DNA of 32,000 bases from an uncultured archaeon (GCA_964648855.1 CAZYLT010000005.1:150000-181999); one strand, 5' to 3'; positions 18,902-27,863 are shown, counted from the first letter of the stretch. The notes: generated by a model not told the origin, from the sequence alone. Numbers and translations: made by a program.

Positions 18902-20104
18902 TCAAGCCTTCCTGATTTTCTTGTCAAGACCCCTGAGCTTCTTGTTATTGCCCCCTTCCTTGTATTTCTCAGCTGCCTCTTGATATGTCGCTAAAGCCTC
19001 GCGAGTTCTGCCATGCTTTGCCAACTCATCTGCCTTATCCTCCAAATACTCGCCCCAATCAACATAACAATCGCGAGCTTTCTCAGCAGCTTTAGCCCGC
19101 ATCTTCTTATCTGTGGTCAACATGTATATTTCTCTAGCTTTCTTGTATTGTACAATTGCCCATTCGTACTGTCCTGCTTTCTTGTGACTCTCTGCTTGGT
19201 CAAAATGGAACTCAGCCATCTTCTCATATGCCTCATCGATTTTCTTAATGGACTCCTTGACCATCTTTTCATTTGATGCGCGTTCGGCGAGTTTCTTCGA
19301 TTTTTCGAATTGTTCGATTGCGAACTCGTGTTCATTCTCGTCGACTTTCTGTTCACCAAACTCCATTCGTGCCTGAGCCATAGCCTCATAGACATAGGAT
19401 GGATAATCAAAATCATCATCGGATAAGGCGACACCACAGTTTGGGCATGATGGTGTATCAAGCTCCTGCATTTTATCGGGTGCCTTAATTTCTGTTGGTT
19501 TTCCCACTACTCTCTCAACAAAATCTTCGCTTGTTTCGTATTTACCTTCGGGAAAGAGGTGTTGTACTGCTTGCTCTCTTTCTGTAGACCTAATCGGCTT
19601 GGTAGACTTAACTTCGGGAGGTTTTATCTCTTTGAATGGCATTCCCTCTTTGACGTCATCTGCCTCCATCTCTGGAATTTCCCAAGACATATCTGATTCA
19701 ATCTTGGTTTTGCTGTCTGACAGTGTACCGAAATCTTGATCTTTCTCCAATGGAATTTTGACATCATCTTCCTCGATAGGCATGCCATCTTTGGGCTCTG
19801 CCTTGTCTGAGTCCCACAATAAGTCATCAGGAGGTAGTTCTTCCTCATGTTCTGGTAGTGGTTCAAGTGCCGATTCCTCAAGAGTGGATGTGCCCACATC
19901 ATTTGCCTTTTCTTCAGAGGCAATATCAATCCGCGTAAATCCCTTTTCCCGTGCTTCTTGTTTTGCCTCAGCAAGCTCCCTTTTCATGATATCCTCAGGA
20001 GTTTGATCATTAGGTGCAGCAAGTCTAGCTCCACAATTCATGCAAAATGTAGATGCCTTTCCAACTTTCTTTCCGCACTCGGGGCACTCTATCGTTTTGT
20101 CCAT
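18902..20104 (-). CDS. Zinc-ribbon, acidic linker and TPR/SNAP-like helical repeat protein
   Basis: N-terminal CPEC..CMNC; ~180-aa D/E/P-rich region; lone CPNC; three helical repeats ('AIEQFEKS', 'AIVQYKKAREIY', 'ALATYQEAAEKY'). Confidence 0.75.
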   Translation of the reverse strand: MDKTIECPECGKKVGKASTFCMNCGARLAAPNDQTPEDIMKRELAEAKQEAREKGFTRIDIASEEKANDVGTSTLEESALEPLPEHEEELPPDDLLWDSDKAEPKDGMPIEEDDVKIPLEKDQDFGTLSDSKTKIESDMSWEIPEMEADDVKEGMPFKEIKPPEVKSTKPIRSTEREQAVQHLFPEGKYETSEDFVERVVGKPTEIKAPDKMQELDTPSCPNCGVALSDDDFDYPSYVYEAMAQARMEFGEQKVDENEHEFAIEQFEKSKKLAERASNEKMVKESIKKIDEAYEKMAEFHFDQAESHKKAGQYEWAIVQYKKAREIYMLTTDKKMRAKAAEKARDCYVDWGEYLEDKADELAKHGRTREALATYQEAAEKYKEGGNNKKLRGLDKKIRKA

Positions 20105-20234
20105 GGTTAAGAACAACTCTTTCAGTTGAATGGCACGAATTGTTGCCGACTTGCCTTGCCACAGTGTTGATTGTTGAACTTCACTATATGAACAAAGCTC
20201 GTATCATCTGTTTCTGTGGAGATTGTGCTTCTCA

Positions 20235-20861
20235 TTACATCAACATTGGAAGAATGTAATAGGTAAGAATCGTGATTGCTGCAGCAAGAATGACTCCACT
20301 GAGAGACTGTATTAGAGTGTGCTGTTTCAGCGCGGTCCTTGACCAGACAACCAGAATCCAGATTATTATAATAGGTGCAGCGAGTAGACCATATTCGATA
20401 ATAAGCGCAGTTCCGGGTCCCCCGACACCTGCTCCGTGAACCGAGACTTTAGAAATCTTATTGACAAGCATCACTCCTGTTGTTACTGTAATATATGCTC
20501 CAGATAAATAGAGCATAACTTCAGCGTTCACAACATAGTAGATTGAGAATGCAATCATATAGAAGAATATTGCATACGCGAAAAATCTGGTTCTGACTTC
20601 CTGTTTGGAAACATCTAGGTCTACATTTCCTCTATATGCCTCGATTATGATCGGCATCACAGGAAGGACTACCATGAATATCATGCAAATTAGTATTGAT
20701 GTGGCAGGGATTAGTATTGGCCCCAGTCTGTTGGAAGAAGCAATTGACATGATTGCGCCAGCTACCAGATTGATAATTGGGGCGGGAGTAACTCTTGAAA
20801 TGGCACGTGCCAAAGTCACATTTCTTCCTGACAAATCAAGCGATTCATCACCATATTTCAC
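20235..20861 (-). CDS. Membrane protein, divergent PAP2 (phosphoesterase)-like family
   Basis: About 6 TM helices; 'KVSVHGAG' and 'WSRTALKQHTLIQ' resemble PAP2 motifs 2 and 3; motif 1 not seen. Confidence 0.7.
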   Translation of the reverse strand: MKYGDESLDLSGRNVTLARAISRVTPAPIINLVAGAIMSIASSNRLGPILIPATSILICMIFMVVLPVMPIIIEAYRGNVDLDVSKQEVRTRFFAYAIFFYMIAFSIYYVVNAEVMLYLSGAYITVTTGVMLVNKISKVSVHGAGVGGPGTALIIEYGLLAAPIIIIWILVVWSRTALKQHTLIQSLSGVILAAAITILTYYILPMLM

Positions 20862-21034
20862 CTTAGTTCAACTTCCTTTTGGTTGTAAGTATGGGTTTGA
20901 GGCTTCAATCTACCATTTTTGAGCATATCTAGGCGGCGGGTAATCATCGCCAAAAGGCTTTTGTTGAGTCCAAGCTTTTCATAATAATACGGAGCTCAGA
21001 GAAACTCCTATGGATGTGCTACCACATGCCTGCA

Positions 21035-21334
21035 ATGCCCAAACGTGAAGTCTTTGAACGAATTATTCAGAATATAACGAACAAATTTCCAGATATCTAT
21101 GCAGCACTATTCATCAGCCCTGAGGGATTTCCCATAAACACATGGGGAGTGAGTCTGGAACGCGCAGAGGAGATATCTGCGCTGTTAAGCTCCTTGATTG
21201 GAAAAACAAAGGAGATTATCCGTCAGGTGAAAGAGGGTGGCGAGCTTCAGTTTATTCAGATACAAACCAATGTTGGGGGAATTAGAATTGCTCCTCAAGA
21301 GGAGTTTATTCTCGTCACACTAACTAAGTCTTAG
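21035..21334 (+). CDS. Roadblock/LC7 domain protein
   Basis: 'PDIYAALFISPEGFPI...EEISALLSSLIGKTKEIIRQVKEGGELQFIQIQT..G.I.IAP' roadblock alpha-beta pattern; ~100 aa; start uncertain (21014/21026/21035). Confidence 0.88.
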   Translation: MPKREVFERIIQNITNKFPDIYAALFISPEGFPINTWGVSLERAEEISALLSSLIGKTKEIIRQVKEGGELQFIQIQTNVGGIRIAPQEEFILVTLTKS

Positions 21335-21440
21335 TATCAGATTCGATTCATATCAATAGACATTGAAGGCAGAGCATGCATCTAATGAGTCAAGTGGATG
21401 TTGCATATCAAGTTCTAACTCGGAGTGCCCGTTAGTGCCA

Positions 21441-21480
21441 TTTTTATACCTAGTATCCCGACTACAGTAAGACGGGATGC
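21441..21480 (+). promoter_or_regulatory. Putative radA TATA box and downstream stem-loop
   Basis: TTTTTATA at 21441-21448; GTATCCCG...CGGGATGC inverted repeat at 21453-21480; GGAGGT RBS at ~21518. Confidence 0.4.
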
Positions 21481-21530
21481 TTGAGAATATAGTGCAAAAA
21501 ATCTTCGAGCATTCGAGGGAGGTCAATTAG

Positions 21531-22556
21531 ATGTCACCAAAAAATGATGAGAACGACGAGGAAGATGTCGATTACGAGGAATTTGAGGAAGAAGATGAGG
21601 AATTCGATGATGAATTGCCTGATTATGAGCTCACAGACCTTCCTGGTGTTGGTCCTGCAATAGGCAAACGATTAGTAGAAGCTGGATTCAAGAGTGTGGA
21701 GGCTATTGCAGCTGCTTCATCGAGTGAATTGGCAGCTGCCGGCTCAATAGGTGAAACTACTGCAAACAAGATTATCAAGGCAGCCCGTGAGATGCTCGAT
21801 ATCGGGTTTGAAACCGCAGACTTGTTGCTCGAGCGCAGACGAGTTGCAGGAAAAATCACAACTGGCTGCAAAGCTCTGGATGAACTTTTCGGCGGCGGTA
21901 TCGAAACACAAGCAATTACTGAAATGTATGGTTCATTCAGGTCTGGAAAGACACAAATGGCTCATCAATTAGCAGTAAATATTCAATTGTCCCCAGATGA
22001 AGGTGGTCTCTCAGCCACTGCAATCTACGTAGATACAGAGGGAACTTTCCGTCCTGAAAGGCTTGTTGACATGGCCGAGCATCTAGGGCTTGATACCGAG
22101 GAGGTTCTGAAGAATGTGGTTTGGGCGCGAGCCTATAACTCTGACCATCAAATTCTCTTGTGCGATCAAGCAATGGAGATGGCTCCTGAGAAAAATGCAA
22201 AACTCTTAATTGTAGACTCTGTGACCAGTCATTTCCGTGCAGAATATACGGGACGGGGTACATTGGCGGCTAGGCAACAGAAGCTTAACAAACATCTTCA
22301 CCACCTCCAGCGCGGTGCAGAGGTAAATAATATGGCGGTCTATATTACCAATCAAGTCATGGCCAGACCAGATGCATTTTTTGGCGATCCAACGACTCCT
22401 GTTGGGGGCCACGTTCTAGCTCATGTTCCCCAAACTAGATGCTACCTTCGCAAGTCAAAGGGCGAACGAAGAATATGTCGTCTCGTGGATTCTCCACACC
22501 TACCAGAGGGTGAAGCAGTATTCACGATTACTAAGGAAGGAATCCAGGACGTATAG
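21531..22556 (+). CDS. radA: DNA repair and recombination protein RadA
   Basis: N-terminal HhH domain, FETA polymerisation motif, Walker A GSFRSGKT, '[13 protein letters not shown]', Walker B LLIVDS, 'GGHVLAH', '[12 protein letters not shown]'. Confidence 0.98.
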   Translation: MSPKNDENDEEDVDYEEFEEEDEEFDDELPDYELTDLPGVGPAIGKRLVEAGFKSVEAIAAASSSELAAAGSIGETTANKIIKAAREMLDIGFETADLLLERRRVAGKITTGCKALDELFGGGIETQAITEMYGSFRSGKTQMAHQLAVNIQLSPDEGGLSATAIYVDTEGTFRPERLVDMAEHLGLDTEEVLKNVVWARAYNSDHQILLCDQAMEMAPEKNAKLLIVDSVTSHFRAEYTGRGTLAARQQKLNKHLHHLQRGAEVNNMAVYITNQVMARPDAFFGDPTTPVGGHVLAHVPQTRCYLRKSKGERRICRLVDSPHLPEGEAVFTITKEGIQDV

Positions 22557-22562
22557 ACAGCG

Positions 22563-22583
22563 ATGCCCCTGTTAGAGGGGCAT
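22563..22583. terminator. Hairpin between convergent radA and GGR genes
   Basis: ATGCCCCT-gttag-AGGGGCAT: 8-bp stem in a 33-nt gap. Confidence 0.55.
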
Positions 22584-22589
22584 TCCAAC

Positions 22590-23942
22590 TCATTTGAATA
22601 CAGCCTGATTGATAATGGAGATTACAGATTCATTCCACTCTTCTAGTTGTGTTGGCGAATTAGGATATTGTGAATAGGTCGAATCCATTTTCTTCATTAG
22701 ACTTGCAGCTCGTTGGAGCTTCCTCAAAAGGGTGATGTTACCAATTCCTCGCTTTACTCGTTTCAGCTTGTCGAAAATCCCGAACGAGAACCCTTCCCCT
22801 CGATTCGCGGCCATCAGGTCCTCAGCTTCTAGAAGACGCTTTTCAAACCCATAATTTATCTCTTCATCGGTTACATCAGCAAGCAGCCGCTTGAAAATTT
22901 CTAAAGATGCGAGTCTTCTTCCAAAATTGGACAGAAATCTTGAGTTGAAATGCCACAAACCGTCGGCTGTCAGATTTCTTCTGACAATTGCTTCTTTTGC
23001 AACTTCTCCTAGAATCATCCCTGCTCTCATTCCTGCACCAATGCCTCCACCATGAATTGGATTGACCATCAATGCTGCATCCCCAAGAAAGGCTATGCCA
23101 TCTGAAACCAAGCTCTTCAATGGCCTGCGGACGGGTACCGCTCCTCCTCCTCGATCAATGATTTCACTGCCTTGAAACAAGTCATACTCATCTTTGAATG
23201 AAAGAAATAGGTTCTTGGGAGACCCTTGTCCTTCGCCGCCCGTTACACCAACTCCTGCATTAACACTCTTGTTTCCTTTTGGAAAAATCCAGGAATATCC
23301 ATTTGGTGAATAAGAACCACCAAGAAAGACTCGTGCTACCTCTGATTCCTGCAGAGGCTTCTCGAGCTTCAATATTTCTCTATAGCATAACGCAATATCC
23401 CGTTTGTCGATATTCTGTTCTACGAGTGGGTTATCGATTTTTTTCCGAACCACCGCAGAGAATCCACTGGCATCAATGACGAGTTTGGAGTAGAAATTGA
23501 CCTCTTCACCTGAGGGTCCATCTTTGCTGTAGACTCCCACTACCCGGTCTCCATCCATTATAGGCCCGCCCACATGTGATTGTGGTCGAAAAACAACTCC
23601 TGCATTTTTTGCCTCCTGAAGAAGGCGCTGTCCGAAGAAGTGACGACTCACGGTCCATCCATCAAAATCAGACCAGCCTCGGACATTCAGTATATTTTCC
23701 ATATTCGGAGGGTAAACATCCGCACCGGAGATTACACTTGATATCTCATTTCCATGTGGGTATTCAATTCCAGTTGCATCAAAATGAGATCTACTTATTT
23801 CATCCCCGCAGACCTTTCTCCCAACATCTGCTTCTTGTTTTCTATCCAGCAATAATGTTCGTAGTCCCATCTCGGCACACCTCCGTGCGGCAACGCACCC
23901 AGCGGAACCTGCTCCAACTACGACAATATCAGGACGTATCAA
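22590..23942 (-). CDS. Geranylgeranyl reductase family flavoprotein (digeranylgeranylglycerophospholipid reductase-like)
   Basis: 'DIVVVGAGSAG', 'KVCGD', 'IDASG', 'GYSWIFPK', 'GDAALMVNPIHGGGI'; start uncertain (TTG 23942 or 23984). Confidence 0.9.
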   Translation of the reverse strand: MIRPDIVVVGAGSAGCVAARRCAEMGLRTLLLDRKQEADVGRKVCGDEISRSHFDATGIEYPHGNEISSVISGADVYPPNMENILNVRGWSDFDGWTVSRHFFGQRLLQEAKNAGVVFRPQSHVGGPIMDGDRVVGVYSKDGPSGEEVNFYSKLVIDASGFSAVVRKKIDNPLVEQNIDKRDIALCYREILKLEKPLQESEVARVFLGGSYSPNGYSWIFPKGNKSVNAGVGVTGGEGQGSPKNLFLSFKDEYDLFQGSEIIDRGGGAVPVRRPLKSLVSDGIAFLGDAALMVNPIHGGGIGAGMRAGMILGEVAKEAIVRRNLTADGLWHFNSRFLSNFGRRLASLEIFKRLLADVTDEEINYGFEKRLLEAEDLMAANRGEGFSFGIFDKLKRVKRGIGNITLLRKLQRAASLMKKMDSTYSQYPNSPTQLEEWNESVISIINQAVFK

Positions 23943-24087
23943 TGTGGTTCGAATCTGAAAGATTTTGCACTCATATAAATCCAAGCCTAATGTGTCTCTT
24001 AACTTGGTTGCTCAGAACTCCAACTCGCGGAGTAGGTAGCTTTTCATAAGAATTATCAGTGTCGTATAAGAAGCGGGCGAGAAGACT

Positions 24088-25398
24088 ATGAATCTAGTTG
24101 TTGTTGGCCTTCAATGGGGTGACGAAGGAAAAGGAAAGCTTATTGACGTGCTATCGCCTTATTTCGATATTGTTGTCCGTTTTCAAGGAGGGAGTAATGC
24201 AGGACATACGGTGAAATCTGGCGAGGAAATCTTTAAGCTCAGAATTTTACCCACGGGAGCGGTTCGGGGGAAAATGGTTGTCATTGGTAATGGTGTCGTC
24301 ATAGATCCTAAAATTCTAAGTGATGAAATTGATAGTCTCCGTAAGAGAGGGAAGCATTTCCAACTGCGAATTTCTGATAGAGCACACATCATTACACCCT
24401 ACCAGATTACGCTAGATGGACTACGAGAGAAACAAAAAGGAAATCAAAAGGTTGGCACTACCAAACGCGGTATTGGACCAACCTACTCTGATAAACATGC
24501 GCGACTGAGTGTGAGAGTGTGCGACTTCTACCAGAACGGCAGAAACACACAATGGGAGTTAATGGAATCCAAATCAATCGATAGACTCACGCGTCTTCAT
24601 AATGAAGAGCAAACTCCAGAAATGAAGACAGCCTTCTCTGATTACAAGGCATTGATGCAAGGATTGAGCAACAGCATTTGCAGCTGCTCTGAATTCCTTT
24701 TGGAGGCAATTGACGCTGGTAAGAGGATTCTGTTTGAAGGCGCACAGGGTGCCTTGTTAGATATAGATCATGGCACTTATCCCTTCGTAACGAGTTCAAA
24801 CTGCATTTCATCTGCAGCGGCAACGGGGTCTGGAGTTCCACCTTCAAAAATAGGTGATGTTTTGGGGATTGCAAAAGCATATACAACACGGGTTGGAACC
24901 GGTCCATTTCCAACCGAATTGCGCAATGATATCGGACGTAAATTACAGGAACTAGGTAACGAATATGGAACTGTGACGGGTCGTCCGAGACGCTGTGGCT
25001 GGCTAGACCTAGTTTCGTTGCGATATAGTATCCGTTTGAATGGTGCAAAGTACATTGCTATCACAAAAGCAGATGTACTGTCAGGAGTCAAAGATGTAGA
25101 TATCTGCGTGGCGTATGAGCTTGATGGGACGGAAATCCGAACTCTCCCGGCATGTAATGAAACCTATGAACATCTATCGCCGGTTTATCAAACTCTCAAA
25201 GGTTGGCATGCGCCTGCAAATGGAAACTGGAGTGAAATAGTTGATGCAGGGTATGAGAATCTGCCCGGAGAGCTGAGAGAATACCTTCACGAAATAGCTA
25301 GATACTGCGGTACTAAAGTTGGGGTCGTGTCCTTGGGTCCTGATAGGTATGATACGGTCATGACAGAAGACTTTGAAAAAGACATCATACATGCCTGA
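24088..25398 (+). CDS. purA: Adenylosuccinate synthetase
   Basis: 'QWGDEGKGK', 'GGSNAGHT', 'GTTKRGIGPTY', 'FEGAQG..LDIDHGTYPFVTSS', 'TVTGRPRRCGWLD'. Confidence 0.98.
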   Translation: MNLVVVGLQWGDEGKGKLIDVLSPYFDIVVRFQGGSNAGHTVKSGEEIFKLRILPTGAVRGKMVVIGNGVVIDPKILSDEIDSLRKRGKHFQLRISDRAHIITPYQITLDGLREKQKGNQKVGTTKRGIGPTYSDKHARLSVRVCDFYQNGRNTQWELMESKSIDRLTRLHNEEQTPEMKTAFSDYKALMQGLSNSICSCSEFLLEAIDAGKRILFEGAQGALLDIDHGTYPFVTSSNCISSAAATGSGVPPSKIGDVLGIAKAYTTRVGTGPFPTELRNDIGRKLQELGNEYGTVTGRPRRCGWLDLVSLRYSIRLNGAKYIAITKADVLSGVKDVDICVAYELDGTEIRTLPACNETYEHLSPVYQTLKGWHAPANGNWSEIVDAGYENLPGELREYLHEIARYCGTKVGVVSLGPDRYDTVMTEDFEKDIIHA

Positions 25399-25921
25399 AT
25401 TCAATTATCACCACAGATAGGATGACTATTCCGATTATGGTAATGAAGATGGGCGGCATCCAATTAAGAAACAGCTCGAAATAGGATAGAATAGTGGATG
25501 GATTGAATGGATTTGCTGCAAGATAGCTAACTACCAATAGAAAACCGTATACGCCAAAGATAGGATAGAGAACCGGACCTCCACTGATAATCAGAATGAG
25601 AATAAGTACTGCTAGCTTACTCTTTGTGGGATCCAGTAGGGGGATTGCGATAGTCTGTGAGTCTTTTAGTTGGAAGTAATAGCTAATTAGTAGGGTGGGC
25701 ATCCGAACACGGATTAGCTCTAGTATCTGTATGCCCAGTTGTATTGATAGTAATGCAGTTGAATGTGCCAACATAAATCCTAGGACTAACCAATTGAGAA
25801 ATGGTAGGTCTGATGTGAATAGCTGAAAGCTCTCAATTATTCCAACCAAGACAAAGAAATTCAAGGCCAATAATACTATGTGTCCAATAAATCCCTTTCC
25901 TATTTGCTGGCGAGATGACAT
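25385..25921 (-). CDS. Hypothetical integral membrane protein (4-5 TM)
   Basis: Long hydrophobic segments; RBS-like GGTGGGG; starts 21 nt downstream of the GTPase gene on the same strand. Confidence 0.8.
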   Translation of the reverse strand: MSSRQQIGKGFIGHIVLLALNFFVLVGIIESFQLFTSDLPFLNWLVLGFMLAHSTALLSIQLGIQILELIRVRMPTLLISYYFQLKDSQTIAIPLLDPTKSKLAVLILILIISGGPVLYPIFGVYGFLLVVSYLAANPFNPSTILSYFELFLNWMPPIFITIIGIVILSVVIIEFRHV

Positions 25922-25942
25922 CTGATTACCCCACCGATAGTG

Positions 25943-26542
25943 CTATTCAATCTCTCTTGTGGGTGCGTCTTCAATTGCATGGTCCAAAGAACCCATTTTT
26001 CGCTGCTTTTGAATGGCTTGTGTCACTAGCTTAGAAAAGAGTTCGTCTATGTTCTCTCCAGTCTTTGCCGAGGTTTCATAGTGAAGAACATCCAGCCATT
26101 TTCTAATCATTTCTCCTGATTCCGGCGGCACAAGCCTGTCTGCTCTGTCTATCTTGTTCGCAACAACAGCCACCACGGCATTTGGACACACTGTTATGAA
26201 TTTCGTGAACCACTCACCTACATCTAGGAATGTTTGCGGACGTGTAACGTCGTATACAATCATTGCCATGGTTGCTCCAGCCATGTAACGTCTTCGCAAT
26301 TCGTTGTACGTGGGTTGACCTGCAAGATCCCAAAGAACTATGCGCGCCTTTACTGGGTCAGACTCAGGCATGTTGACTTCAACGGTCTTTAGCGCAAATG
26401 TTGTTCCTATCGTCATGATATAGCGGTCGCTGAAACTCCCCTCAGTGTATCTCTTGATACAACTAGTTTTGCCCACAGCTCCGTCTCCTAGAGCCACGAG
26501 TTTGAACATATGGGATATTTCGTCAGTCGACACTAATATCAT
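25943..26542 (-). CDS. Rab-like small GTPase (Ras superfamily), paralogue A
   Basis: G1 GDGAVGKT, G2 TIG, G3 WDLAGQ, G4 NKID, G5 ETSAK; 'IVYDVT'; no C-terminal Cys. Confidence 0.93.
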   Translation of the reverse strand: MILVSTDEISHMFKLVALGDGAVGKTSCIKRYTEGSFSDRYIMTIGTTFALKTVEVNMPESDPVKARIVLWDLAGQPTYNELRRRYMAGATMAMIVYDVTRPQTFLDVGEWFTKFITVCPNAVVAVVANKIDRADRLVPPESGEMIRKWLDVLHYETSAKTGENIDELFSKLVTQAIQKQRKMGSLDHAIEDAPTREIE

Positions 26543-26790
26543 TCCTAGTGTTGATTTGCTTACGAGCTTGCTTCTTTATCATTTAATGCTTCTGGCAAAG
26601 TGTTTCGTAGTTATTTTAGAAATTCTTTCGCTTTTAGGGATACTTGTAATGTATGCCCCAAAATAGGCGATTTCAATAACTAATCTAATATCCAGAATAT
26701 GCATTTATCGTTTCTAGGGGCATCACACAACATACCTTTTTTTATTCCATTTGCCAATGTGGAGGATGAATAGCAAACAGTTGTGATACC

Positions 26791-27462
26791 ATGGCTGAAG
26801 AATTCCTGAATCGGCTTGATCAAATAGAAGAGAAAATCGAGGGTCTAGGGGAAACTCTCAAGAGAATGATCACCATACTTAGTTCAACTACCGACATAAA
26901 GAGCGATATTCGGGAAGCAAAGGATGAGATTCTAGAGGCAATTTCGACTTCTCAGAAGCCTGCAGAAGGTCCTACCGGCATTTCGAAAGACGAGATTCAT
27001 AGTGTTGTCGCTGAAGAATTGGATGGTTTCTCCAAGAGATTAGATGAGAGATTCAAATCGGTTTCTGCTGAATTAGTTTCTTCAGTTGAAGAGATGATAG
27101 CATCAATTCCCCGACAAGTTCCGCAAGCAGCACCAGCTGCGCAAGCGGGATCTCAAGTCGAATCAGCTGTACCTGCAACAAGTTCCATTCCCGCTGACCG
27201 TTCCATAAAGATAGCAGATGAGCTTCAGAGAATTGTTGATTCTCTGAAGATGGGCTGTGTTGCTGGTGATGTTCTGGACACCATGACCGAGGCTAAAGAG
27301 AATATTACCAAGATTGTTCCTTCAGACCCAATCATGGTTAAAATCGACAAATGGGCTGCAATCGTCAAGTCATATAATCTTCGCCATGAACTCCAAGCTC
27401 GTGACATCCTGAAAATCAAGAACGAATTAAGGGAAGAGATACCAAAATACGGTCTTACTTAG
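26791..27462 (+). CDS. Coiled-coil protein with C-terminal helical bundle (possibly Vps28-CTD-like)
   Basis: Heptad-rich N-terminal ~105 aa, A/P/Q/S-rich linker, ~85-aa predicted four-helix C-terminus; confidence refers to the CDS, the domain call is tentative. Confidence 0.8.
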   Translation: MAEEFLNRLDQIEEKIEGLGETLKRMITILSSTTDIKSDIREAKDEILEAISTSQKPAEGPTGISKDEIHSVVAEELDGFSKRLDERFKSVSAELVSSVEEMIASIPRQVPQAAPAAQAGSQVESAVPATSSIPADRSIKIADELQRIVDSLKMGCVAGDVLDTMTEAKENITKIVPSDPIMVKIDKWAAIVKSYNLRHELQARDILKIKNELREEIPKYGLT

Positions 27463-27863
27463 TCTTCTTCCGTCGCTTTTGCTACCAGTTTGAAAGTGGC
27501 AAGAACCCTGATGATGTCGGAAGCAGCAACCATTCCAATAATCTCATCTCCATCGACCACTGGTAGATGATGTTTTCCAGTACTATTCATCAGGGATATC
27601 ACCTGTCCAACATCAGAATCTGGCGATACACTAACAACTTGACTATGCATGATATCTCCAACTGTTAGAGAACGGTACGTTTCCTCTGACAGCAGCTGAG
27701 CAGATACAACATCTTGTCTTGTTACCATTCCAGATAAGACATCATCATTCGTAATAATCAGGGAGCCAATAGACTCTGCAGCCATCAGTTTTGCTGCATC
27801 CTCTACCAAGACATCCTCCTCAGCCGTGACGATTATTTCAGTCATGAAGTTTCTTACCAGCAT
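27459..27863 (-). CDS. Stand-alone CBS-pair (Bateman domain) protein
   Basis: 'VRNFMT', 'IGSLII...GMVTRQD', 'VGDIMH', 'HHLPVVD...IGMVAASD'. Confidence 0.92.
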   Translation of the reverse strand: MLVRNFMTEIIVTAEEDVLVEDAAKLMAAESIGSLIITNDDVLSGMVTRQDVVSAQLLSEETYRSLTVGDIMHSQVVSVSPDSDVGQVISLMNSTGKHHLPVVDGDEIIGMVAASDIIRVLATFKLVAKATEED

